A stretch of 32,110 nt of DNA from Bdellovibrionota bacterium (GTDB taxonomy: Bacteria; Bdellovibrionota_C; UBA2361; OMII01). Where the stretch lies: assembly GCA_044356215.1 (NCBI GenBank), contig JBIKWQ010000034.1:1-32110 (forward strand). The letters are read 5' to 3'. Position numbers and translations under genes: made by a program. This document shows, in pieces, positions 9,803-17,525 of this stretch (its first letter is position 1; each line of letters starts with the position of its first letter). The notes below the pieces were generated by a model. That model was given only the letters and a program-made list of their open reading frames with translations, was not told the DNA's origin and made no database searches.

Positions 9803-10366
9803 ATGGCAGTCCTAGATCTCGTTATAGCTCCGAACCAACTCTTACGTTCTCCGTGTGAACCTGTTACCAGTTTCTCTAAGCAGCTGCACACATTATTAGA
9901 CAATATGTTTGAAAGCATGCTGGCCCACCACGGCATCGGATTGGCGGCTCCCCAGGTTGGAGTACTCCAGCAGGTCGCTGTAATTGATATCTCAAGTGAT
10001 TACATCGAGCAGCCAAGGATTACCTCAAAGGAAGTTGATCCCGCCAGTTCACATACTCATCAAGAACGATTGGAGCTTATTAATCCGAAGATCGTTACTG
10101 GAAGTAAAAAAGTCTCCTCTGAAGAGGGTTGTCTCAGCATACCTGATTATCGCGACACTATTACTAGATCAGATACGATTACCGTCGAAGCACTAGATCG
10201 ACACGGCAGACATTTCTCATTTGAGGCGACGGAATTGCTGGCTTTCGCGGTTCAGCATGAAGTCGATCACCTAAATGGAATTCTATTCGTGGATCACTTG
10301 AGCCGCCTAAAGAAGACGTTATTTAAGAAATGGGCGATTAAGAACTTGGGCTCTGGAGAGATATAG
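9803..10366 (+). CDS. def: Peptide deformylase
   Basis: GIGLAAPQVG, EGCLS and QHEVDH motifs. Confidence 0.97.
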   Translation: MAVLDLVIAPNQLLRSPCEPVTSFSKQLHTLLDNMFESMLAHHGIGLAAPQVGVLQQVAVIDISSDYIEQPRITSKEVDPASSHTHQERLELINPKIVTGSKKVSSEEGCLSIPDYRDTITRSDTITVEALDRHGRHFSFEATELLAFAVQHEVDHLNGILFVDHLSRLKKTLFKKWAIKNLGSGEI

Positions 10367-10376
10367 GAAGCAGGCT

Positions 10377-11330
10377 GTGATAAAAGTTATATTTTTCGGC
10401 ACGCCTAACTTCTCAGTGCCTACTCTAGACGCGCTTTACGCTATGCCGGATATTCAGGTGGCGGCGGTGATTACACAACCAGATAAACCCGTTGGCCGAG
10501 GAGGAATAATCACTCCACCTCCGATTAAGAGCCGCGCTTTATCCCACGGCACACCTGTTTTTCAACCAACATCGATCCGAAAAGAGTTCGCTAGTTTGAA
10601 GGGGCGGCTTGAGATGTTAGGACCATTTGATATCGGGGTAGTTATAGCCTTTGGCCAGATCCTCCCCGAGGAGGTGCTTAACTTTCCCAAGGCCGGCTGC
10701 GTCAACATACACGCCTCTATCCTCCCCCGATGGCGCGGTGCCGCTCCAATTCAGCGGTCTATCGAGGCGGGCGACCCTGACACTGGTGTTTGCTTAATGC
10801 GGATGGATATCGGGCTGGATACCGGCGCTGTTTTCAGTGAGCAACGCGTTCCGATTACTGACAGCGACACATCATCTTCTATGCATGACGCGCTCGCTCA
10901 GCTAGGAGCGCAACTCTTAACTCGTGATATACGCGAGATAGCAAACGGGAATCTCCAAGCTATCCCCCAAGCTGAAGAGGGAGTAACATACGCCAAGAAG
11001 ATCACGAGTGAGGAAGCCAGAATAAATTGGTCGATGAACTCTCAAGAGATCTGGCGCAAGATAAAAGCTTTCTACCCATCCCCTGGATGCTTTACATCGC
11101 TTAACGGAAAAAGGCTAAAGATATTATCGGCCCATCCCGTCCCTTTTAATTCGTCAATCGAAGTCGCTCCTGGGGCTATTATCCAAGCCCTTCCTGATAC
11201 CCTTACCGTGAAGTGCGGCACAGGTGCTTTAAGGCTAACTGAGCTTCAACTAGAGGGGAAAAAGAAAATGAGCGCTGCAGAGTTCACACGTGGGAATATG
11301 GTCACCACGGGAACTCACCTTGGTTCATGA
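10377..11330 (+). CDS. fmt: Methionyl-tRNA formyltransferase
   Basis: FFGTP.F, TQPDKP, NIHAS.LPRWRGAAPIQ and MD.GLDTG motifs; follows def. Confidence 0.97.
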   Translation: MIKVIFFGTPNFSVPTLDALYAMPDIQVAAVITQPDKPVGRGGIITPPPIKSRALSHGTPVFQPTSIRKEFASLKGRLEMLGPFDIGVVIAFGQILPEEVLNFPKAGCVNIHASILPRWRGAAPIQRSIEAGDPDTGVCLMRMDIGLDTGAVFSEQRVPITDSDTSSSMHDALAQLGAQLLTRDIREIANGNLQAIPQAEEGVTYAKKITSEEARINWSMNSQEIWRKIKAFYPSPGCFTSLNGKRLKILSAHPVPFNSSIEVAPGAIIQALPDTLTVKCGTGALRLTELQLEGKKKMSAAEFTRGNMVTTGTHLGS

Positions 11331-11341
11331 ACTTAGCCGCT

Positions 11342-11370
11342 TTGCCTCGGCTTCCAGCCTATCCTATAGT
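11342..11370 (+). promoter_or_regulatory. Putative sigma70-type promoter for the 11432 operon
   Basis: TTGCCT-17 nt-TATAGT, about 60 nt upstream of the SD (AGGAG) and ATG 11432. Confidence 0.5.
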
Positions 11371-11431
11371 CATCGGCATCGTTCCGCGGCATGGGGATTA
11401 ACCCGTAGCCGATGTTTATAGGAGATAGTTA

Positions 11432-11998
11432 ATGGACTCCACCAAAATAGAGATGTTTATGCGACTTGCTGGCCAATCAGTGCGTAACAAACTGCACAGT
11501 GGCGATCCGGCTCAGAGGGCTCTGGGAGCTCAGCTACTTTTATCCGAGGTCCTCGAGTATGTTATTAAAGGACTCGGGGTAATACCTGAGTTCGCGGGAA
11601 CTAAAATTACCTCTCCTGACGCTCTCTCGTATCACGCCACTCACGGACCAGATCATGAGGAGATGGTCGACGGATTAGCTGATGTGGCTTACACGATGTT
11701 CTGGAACTCGTGCGCATTTGGGGTGCCGCTTGAGGAGGCTTTCGATCTCGTGTGCGACAATAATCTTGAGAAGTTCGTAAAACTAAATGATTGGACCAGA
11801 GGAGAGGGAGAACTTTCTCGTGAAGATTGGCACTGCGGCCTAAATGTGTCGTGGCCTACGGAGGTAGCTTCTGTATCAGTTCTGAAGATTGGCTCTGACT
11901 TCTTCGCGGTTGGAAAAGACGCTCGTGGAAAAGTACGCAAACCATCTACATACAAGTCGGTGGATCTTTCGCGATTGTTAAAAGATTCGGGTCAATAA
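11432..11998 (+). CDS. All-alpha NTP pyrophosphohydrolase, MazG-like / DR2231-like
   Basis: LLLSEVLE..., EEMVDGLADVAY, F..V..NNL.K and C-terminal RGKVRKP.TY match the pattern of DR2231-type enzymes. Confidence 0.72.
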   Translation: MDSTKIEMFMRLAGQSVRNKLHSGDPAQRALGAQLLLSEVLEYVIKGLGVIPEFAGTKITSPDALSYHATHGPDHEEMVDGLADVAYTMFWNSCAFGVPLEEAFDLVCDNNLEKFVKLNDWTRGEGELSREDWHCGLNVSWPTEVASVSVLKIGSDFFAVGKDARGKVRKPSTYKSVDLSRLLKDSGQ

Positions 11999-11999
11999 A

Positions 12000-12632
12000 A
12001 TGCCTATCGCCCCTCACGTTGTGGTGATACACGGTCTTGGCCGTACCAGTTTTGACATGTCGCTCTTAGCTAAACGACTAGCCAACACCTTTCCGCAATC
12101 AAAAATACATAACTTCTCGTACTCTTCGCGCAGACTCTCGCTTGAGCAAGCGACTGAGCAGCTAGGTCGATATGTGGATAAAATTACCAGGGAAGCGCCT
12201 GTATCTTTTGTCGGACACTCCCTTGGTGGGATCGTCGCGAGAAGCCTCGATCTGACAAAACCATGCGCGGCTCCTCTTCATCGACTGGTTACTTTAGGTT
12301 CACCTCACGGAGGCGCCACAATCGCGCGGTATTTGGGGCGCTACTCGCTGGCGAGAAAGGTCTTTGGACCGGTGCTAAGCGATCTAGGAACGCTTAATCT
12401 AAGCACTCAACCGAGGCAGCTTGAGATCGGTTGCGTTGTAGGTGCTACGGGAACTCGTTACGGTTTCCTACCGGTTTTCGGTTCAGATAACGATGGGCTC
12501 GTGCTGACCAGCGAGGCCTCATTTAGCGGGCAAAGCGATCAGATTAAGACATTCTCTTTTCACGGTCTGATGCCTTTTAGTAGGCGATTGGCGATTCTGA
12601 CCGGAAGATTTTTGGAGACTGGGAGGTTTTAA
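12000..12632 (+). CDS. Alpha/beta hydrolase (lipase/esterase-like)
   Basis: VIHGLG oxyanion loop, GHSLGG nucleophile elbow, LGSPH, NDGLV and a late His. Confidence 0.88.
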   Translation: MPIAPHVVVIHGLGRTSFDMSLLAKRLANTFPQSKIHNFSYSSRRLSLEQATEQLGRYVDKITREAPVSFVGHSLGGIVARSLDLTKPCAAPLHRLVTLGSPHGGATIARYLGRYSLARKVFGPVLSDLGTLNLSTQPRQLEIGCVVGATGTRYGFLPVFGSDNDGLVLTSEASFSGQSDQIKTFSFHGLMPFSRRLAILTGRFLETGRF

Positions 12633-12658
12633 TCTCCCTAGCGAACAACCCTATTTAC

Positions 12659-12667
12659 TGGTAAAAT
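12659..12667 (+). promoter_or_regulatory. Putative extended -10 promoter for the Hsp33-like gene
   Basis: TGgTAAAAT lies 16 nt upstream of ATG 12684; the -35 is weak (TAGCGA at 17 nt spacing). Confidence 0.4.
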
Positions 12668-12683
12668 TGAAAGAGTCTGTTTT

Positions 12684-13466
12684 ATGTCATCTGGCTTAAT
12701 CGCAATATCAGAGTACATCCCTAAACGTGAAGCTCTACTGGTACGTGTGGATCTCTCAGATTATCTGATCGATTACTACCTCCATAGAAAAGACCACGCG
12801 CCGGATACAACCTATGAGCACGACTCTAAGCTCAAGGAATTAATCACCTGCTTCGCGATTCATCTCTCAGCCCGCACGGCCACAGAAACGCACGCCTGGA
12901 CGGCTCACATCGCCTCCCTGCCCCCCTACTCTCTCTTTGTTACCGGCAACACAGGAATCATGGATGAAAGTGGCATAGCGCGAGGATTCTTGGTTGGCCA
13001 CGTCCTCACAGATAATATCCGCCACGCCGACGTCAACTCGATCCACGCTCAGTTAAGTAATCGTGGAAAGACCTTTAATAGCCACGTTCTTTGCGACTCC
13101 GCTGTAATTCCGAGGATGGCGACGCAATTCTATGAGCAGAGCGAGGGTTATCCGATCCGGCTTCTTCTGTCAGAAACCAGCGATACCGCGATCGGATTAG
13201 TCGCGCTGCCCGAATTCGACGCTGACTGGGTCGCGAATGTCGACCTTGCTGAGCTTGCGAAATCAAAGACCATCGAGAAGAGTCACATGCGAACTTGTCA
13301 CTTTGCGTTCTCATGTGACTGCTCTCCAGCCAAGCTCCTGCCATTTTTTAGGTCAATGAGTGTTGAAGAGCTAGAAGACTTATACGAAGGCGAAGATGAG
13401 CTGCGTATCACCTGCCCTCGCTGCGGGAAGCAGTTTGGGATCTCTAGAGATGATTTAGCGAATTAA
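12684..13466 (+). CDS. Divergent Hsp33-family redox-regulated chaperone
   Basis: C-terminal F.CDCS...ITCPRCG (CxC-x~30-CxxC zinc switch) and FYEQSE motif. The N-terminal half is divergent. Confidence 0.72.
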   Translation: MSSGLIAISEYIPKREALLVRVDLSDYLIDYYLHRKDHAPDTTYEHDSKLKELITCFAIHLSARTATETHAWTAHIASLPPYSLFVTGNTGIMDESGIARGFLVGHVLTDNIRHADVNSIHAQLSNRGKTFNSHVLCDSAVIPRMATQFYEQSEGYPIRLLLSETSDTAIGLVALPEFDADWVANVDLAELAKSKTIEKSHMRTCHFAFSCDCSPAKLLPFFRSMSVEELEDLYEGEDELRITCPRCGKQFGISRDDLAN

Positions 13467-13513
13467 GTAAGCGCACCAAAAACTCGCATAAGCGAGGTTT
13501 TGCCATATCTCTG

Positions 13514-14587
13514 CTAACCAATCTCAGTAAAATCAGATAACTTGCCCGCGAGCTGCACAAAAGGGGCTGGATTACGTGCTTTTCCGTTGTGAATCACTTC
13601 GTAGTGCAAATGCGGGCCAGTTGAACGCCCCGTGTTTCCAGAGTAAGCGATAACATCACCGCGCTTTACATCTTGGCCAACGTTGACCGCCACGCGGCTT
13701 AGGTGAGCGTAGCGTGTAACCAATCCAGGTGCGTGTTGAACATCGATTAGATTTCCGTATGTGTGGTGCCTTGTAACTTTAATCACCCTACCAGCTCCTG
13801 TAGCCATAACCTTGCTACCGATGGGCAGAGATACATCAACTCCGTAATGAAAAGACGACCCGCGCGAAAAAGGGGAATGCCGGTGTCCATATCCCGATGT
13901 GACAGCCCCATCAACTGGAGTGCCGATCGGAATGAACTTAAGGACCGAGATAAATCTATTCAATCTCTTCATCATCTGCTCTGACGCGGAGATATCCTTC
14001 TTCTCCAACTTGGTAGATTCAGCAGTCGAGTGACTATCATCACCCCCATCGTGTTGGCAGTGATCGTAATCGCAGAGGTCCTCTGCTCCCCCTATCCCCT
14101 CGCCATCTGAATCGGCGCGACTATTCCGACCGACTCCAGCCAACTGCGGGGAGTTCAATATCGCCGCCAGTTTGCTTCCTGAGGAGGGGCTCTTTCCGTT
14201 CTTAGCGAAACCATTATTACGGGAGGAATTCTTCTCTTTAAAGATACCGAGTGCAGTGGCGCTCTCAATCAAGGACTCTAACTCACTTACCTTCTTCTCT
14301 ATCGATAGATCGCGAGAAGAGCCTAATCTGCTGGCATAGCTCCTAAGCGCCGTTAACTCAGAGAGCATCCTGGCATTAACAGCCTTAAGGTGCTCCTTCT
14401 CTGCTTGTTCCAGGTAAGCGGCGTAAGGGCCGCCACTTATGGAGCTCCAGAGGCGGGAGGCGAAAGATGTCAGGGGCTCAGCCAGAACGAGGGCCGAGAG
14501 CGCTAAGGCTAATACAGCAATAGCAGTCGACCGCGCTCTTGCGCGCGCTCTTCTTGTCTTTGCTGTTCTAACTGATCTCTTTGTCAT
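13514..14587 (-). CDS. M23 family metallopeptidase
   Basis: HYGVD (HxxxD), TRYAHL and GRSTGPHLHYEV (HxH) motifs; N-terminal basic and hydrophobic anchor. Confidence 0.93.
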   Translation of the reverse strand: MTKRSVRTAKTRRARARARSTAIAVLALALSALVLAEPLTSFASRLWSSISGGPYAAYLEQAEKEHLKAVNARMLSELTALRSYASRLGSSRDLSIEKKVSELESLIESATALGIFKEKNSSRNNGFAKNGKSPSSGSKLAAILNSPQLAGVGRNSRADSDGEGIGGAEDLCDYDHCQHDGGDDSHSTAESTKLEKKDISASEQMMKRLNRFISVLKFIPIGTPVDGAVTSGYGHRHSPFSRGSSFHYGVDVSLPIGSKVMATGAGRVIKVTRHHTYGNLIDVQHAPGLVTRYAHLSRVAVNVGQDVKRGDVIAYSGNTGRSTGPHLHYEVIHNGKARNPAPFVQLAGKLSDFTEIG

Positions 14588-14850
14588 CTGTATCAGATAA
14601 GCAGAGGCCTTTGGTAACGCCTCCTAAACTACCCAAGAGCCCCTCGCGCCTTAAACCGGCGTTCTCCCCGCACTAATAAAGATGCGGCTTTTGAGGCACT
14701 GGAAGCCTAGTCGACCTAAGCTTTATGGTCAAATAAAACCACGGTTTTTCTTACAGGTTATGACTAAAACCGCCTAAAACATTGAGATTAGAGCAGGTTA
14801 GACCATCGGATTAAACGGCTAAATTCCCGTCTGAAGGTAAACATTCGTGC

Positions 14851-15951
14851 CTATTTAGCAACCGCACCGACCCCGTTTCTAATCGTCTTGACTGCCACAG
14901 GATACTCAAAGAACCGCCCGAACTTCGGGTCATCCTTAAAAGAGAAGGTACCAAGTATCCCAGAGCGTGACCTTACCTGGCTCAAAGCAGAGAGGATCTC
15001 AGCGCTTGTGGCGTTTGGGTTTGATCCCAAATAGGAAGCTAGAAGTGTACTCATGTCGTAGGCCACTCCAGCGAAGGTTAGCTGCGATTGGTTGTGGAAA
15101 CGAGCTTGATAGGTGCTTCGGAATTCGGGGGACACCTCGTTGTCCGGGTAAATGCATCCCTCCAGGAGTTGCCTCGCCCCCTCGATCCCTGCGGCTGTTT
15201 CGCAGACATCCGAGCCAAATATCTCTGCTGTTACTCCGCTCGCGCGGGCCTGACGCATAAAGGTTACCAACTGATCAGGCAAAAGAAACACCCCTACTCT
15301 TTCCGGCTTTAGAGCCTTTAACTTAGAAATTATCGACCGGAAATCCATCTCAGTTGGCACGACCTCGGCGATGATTGAGAGCTTCTTCTCCGGCTTTACT
15401 TGCCGCAAACGCACCTCGACATCCCCCAGCAGATGCACGAAGAAGTCGTATTCTGCTCGGATTACCGGGTACTCAAGCTGCTTCTCAGCCGCCAGAAAGT
15501 CGGCTAGTGCATCTCCGTACTGCTTCGTGTGATTCATCGAGCGCGTAATATAGGGATTACCGATCGCTGGCTTAGCTAAAAACGATAAGTTCACGACTGG
15601 AATTTGATCACGAGCGATATCTCGTCCCATCACCGTTGGAAAGAAGAAACCAAAAGCAATAATGGCTTTAGGCCTACGACCACTTCTTAGTCGCTGGTAA
15701 ACCGCTGGTGCCAACTTAGGCCCGTGTTGGTCATCCTCAAATCGGAGGTCTACTTTTTCAAGAATCTCTGGGTGGTCGATTGAGGCTAACTCGATTCCGT
15801 TGCGTATCGCTGTGCCGATACTGGCTAGATAGCCAGAAAGTGGCGCTATAACGCCGATAGCTGGCTTTGCCGGATCTGCTGCCGCGGTTTGCGTGAAAAC
15901 CAAAAGTACCAGCAGAGCTTGGAGAAGGTAGAACTTTGGGTGTGTCTTCAT
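14851..15951 (-). CDS. Type I periplasmic binding protein (LivJ/branched-chain amino acid-like), orphan
   Basis: Signal peptide ending TAAA; IGVIAPLSG.LA..G..I.NG.ELA, EDD, DFRS.I.KLK and AYD motifs. No permease or ATPase gene is adjacent. Confidence 0.88.
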   Translation of the reverse strand: MKTHPKFYLLQALLVLLVFTQTAAADPAKPAIGVIAPLSGYLASIGTAIRNGIELASIDHPEILEKVDLRFEDDQHGPKLAPAVYQRLRSGRRPKAIIAFGFFFPTVMGRDIARDQIPVVNLSFLAKPAIGNPYITRSMNHTKQYGDALADFLAAEKQLEYPVIRAEYDFFVHLLGDVEVRLRQVKPEKKLSIIAEVVPTEMDFRSIISKLKALKPERVGVFLLPDQLVTFMRQARASGVTAEIFGSDVCETAAGIEGARQLLEGCIYPDNEVSPEFRSTYQARFHNQSQLTFAGVAYDMSTLLASYLGSNPNATSAEILSALSQVRSRSGILGTFSFKDDPKFGRFFEYPVAVKTIRNGVGAVAK

Positions 15952-16355
15952 TTTACCAGCGGCCCAACAAAATCACGAGCCTTTCGGGCCTGCTCCAGCG
16001 CCCGACTAGCATCTTGCACAGAGTAAAACTCGCTTGGCGTTAGATCCTCAGTGCCATAGAAAGCCAATTCGCGATCTCGCCTTAATTCTCGGGATATAGC
16101 AATAAGCTCATCAAGCCCCTTTTGATGCTGCTCGGCGATGCGCGATCGGATCTCTGATAGCTGTGCGCTTAGATCGTGTACCCGAGCAGGCTCGGCTCCT
16201 ACTGTCCGCACTAGCGCTTTAGATACTAACTCAACGATCTCTTGAGCTTCTCGTACCACATCAGCATACCCGCCTTTATCAAAGAGAAACTGCAACGCTT
16301 CTAATCGTAGCCCTGCTCTATAAATATAATCCTTAGCCAGAGATCTGTTCTTCAT
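15948..16355 (-). CDS. HEPN-domain protein
   Basis: Y...VREAQE.VEL..KAL....G.EP.RVHDL...RELAFYG...Y...DA..A pattern. ATG 16355 overlaps the upstream stop (ATGA), and its own stop overlaps the next ATG. Confidence 0.85.
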   Translation of the reverse strand: MKNRSLAKDYIYRAGLRLEALQFLFDKGGYADVVREAQEIVELVSKALVRTVGAEPARVHDLSAQLSEIRSRIAEQHQKGLDELIAISRELRRDRELAFYGTEDLTPSEFYSVQDASRALEQARKARDFVGPLVK

Positions 16356-16891
16356 ATTGGAACCCAAAATCCTTGCCCATGGGTGGTTTTACGCACAACA
16401 GCCCCAGAGGTTATATAGCTCCGCGCGCTATTTAAAAAATCAGCTATCCGCCCCGATGGATCATGAAGGATCCTACCGTCCAGCGCGCATTCGAGCCAGA
16501 GCGATCCCGCTTCACTTGGCATAGCCGGCAAGTGAGATATCTGGATTGAGATCCCTTCAGGTGTGTTGTGGTCCCAATAGCGGTAGAGAGCTCGGTCTAT
16601 CCGCACCGACGGTTCCACTACCAACAGCAGGTCGGTATCGGAGGTATCATGAGCGTCCCCTCGAGCTCGCGAGCCAAAAAGCATCAATCCAATAAAGTTC
16701 AAGCCAAACTGCGCATCTGCCGCCTTAATGATTTCGCCACTCCCGGCTAGAGCGGTTACCCCCAGAGCCCCCTGCTCTATATACCTTTGAATAAGCGAAT
16801 TTATTGATATCTTAGCTGCTTTGGCGCGCGCTTTGACCTGCTCATGAAGGCTAGTTGGTATTCGAAGAAGGATCTTCTTATCTGCGCTCAT
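16352..16891 (-). CDS. Ribbon-helix-helix (HicB/Arc-like) domain fused to a minimal nucleotidyltransferase (MNT)
   Basis: N-terminal KILLRIP.SLH..V...A.....SIN..I (RHH); central LFGSRARGD....SDTDLL (GS-x10-DxD). Confidence 0.85.
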   Translation of the reverse strand: MSADKKILLRIPTSLHEQVKARAKAAKISINSLIQRYIEQGALGVTALAGSGEIIKAADAQFGLNFIGLMLFGSRARGDAHDTSDTDLLLVVEPSVRIDRALYRYWDHNTPEGISIQISHLPAMPSEAGSLWLECALDGRILHDPSGRIADFLNSARSYITSGAVVRKTTHGQGFWVPI

Positions 16892-16930
16892 AGTGATATC
16901 ATGATATCACTATATACTTGGTGGCTGCAA
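16890..16930 (-). promoter_or_regulatory. Putative promoter and palindromic operator of the RHH-MNT/HEPN operon
   Basis: Perfect 24-bp palindrome ATAGTGATATCATGATATCACTAT (16890-16913). It overlaps TGaTATCAT (-10 at 16906-16901), with TTGCAG 18 nt upstream. Confidence 0.7.
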
Positions 16931-16947
16931 GCTTGCTAGGTCGTAGT

Positions 16948-17110
16948 TAGAGCGTCGCAGTTCTTTATCCTAAAAAGAGCAGTTAAGGAGGATGAAAATG
17001 GTGTAACTGCTCTTTTTAAGTTTATCACCACAGGACAGACGACGGCCATTTTATGGGCAATTATGGGGTTTTCTCTGTGTCATCCTTGATCAAAAAAATA
17101 TTGTACTAAT
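16948..17110. mobile_element. Degenerate copy of MITE-like family A, interrupted and lacking its right end
   Basis: Starts TAGAGCGTCGCAGTTCTTTATC. It shares accacag..acggccattttatgggcaattatggggttttctctgtgtc..aaaaaatatt.tactaat with 17115-17240. Confidence 0.75.
16968..17021. mobile_element. 54-bp palindromic insertion (family B-related) nested in the degenerate family A copy
   Basis: 15-bp perfect inverted repeat (16971-16985 / 17004-17018), flanked by TTA on both sides. Removing it restores ttctttatcacc as in the intact copy. Its left arm resembles 30524-30559. Confidence 0.7.
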
Positions 17111-17114
17111 AAAC

Positions 17115-17277
17115 TAGGGCATCGCAGTTCTTTATCACCACAGAGGACGCAGAGGACACAGAGAACGGCCATTTTATGGGCAATTATGGGGTTTTCTCTG
17201 TGTCCTCTGCGTCCTCTGTGGTAAAAAATATTTTACTAATTGTCTCCGTAACTTACCAAAAACACTGCGACGCCCTA
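17115..17277. mobile_element. Intact 163-bp MITE-like element (family A) with a 9-bp target duplication
   Basis: Terminal inverted repeats TAGGGCATCGCAGT / ACTGCGACGCCCTA (13/14). Direct repeat CTAATAAAC at 17106-17114 and 17278-17286. Internal perfect 29-bp inverted repeat (17137-17165 / 17194-17222). Confidence 0.85.
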
Positions 17278-17284
17278 CTAATAA

Positions 17285-17370
17285 ACAAAGAGATCCGCGA
17301 GAACGGACAGAGGGGGATACTGACAATCTAGCTTATACCTTACCCTCGCCGTTCTCGCTGGTCTCTTTGT
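17285..17370. repeat. 86-bp imperfect palindrome
   Basis: acaaagagatccgcgagaacgg pairs with ccgttctcgctggtctctttgt (20/22); inner gaggg/ccctc. Confidence 0.65.
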
Positions 17371-17525
17371 GAAAAGGCTGTTCAGGATTCATGAATGGCT
17401 CATTTCTTTACAAAGAGCAAAATAGATCGACTAGCCGAGAGAGGGGGGGTACCTCCTTATTATCCTACCCCCTCCCTGTGAAGACGTATATCCCAGGATG
17501 TGGGAAATAGTCAGAGCTCCCCCCC

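Noticed and set aside
14588..14850. Riboswitch upstream of the M23 peptidase
   Set aside because: Only short 4-5 bp stems are present, and I could match no c-di-AMP or c-di-GMP consensus.
16964..17026. Alternative reading of the nested insertion with a 6-bp TTTATC duplication
   Set aside because: It fits locally, but the related 30.5-kb element supports only a TTA duplication, so that boundary was preferred.
16948..17277. Tandem repeat region as a CRISPR array
   Set aside because: There are only two long, unequal copies with terminal inverted repeats and a target duplication, no repeat-spacer periodicity, and no cas genes.
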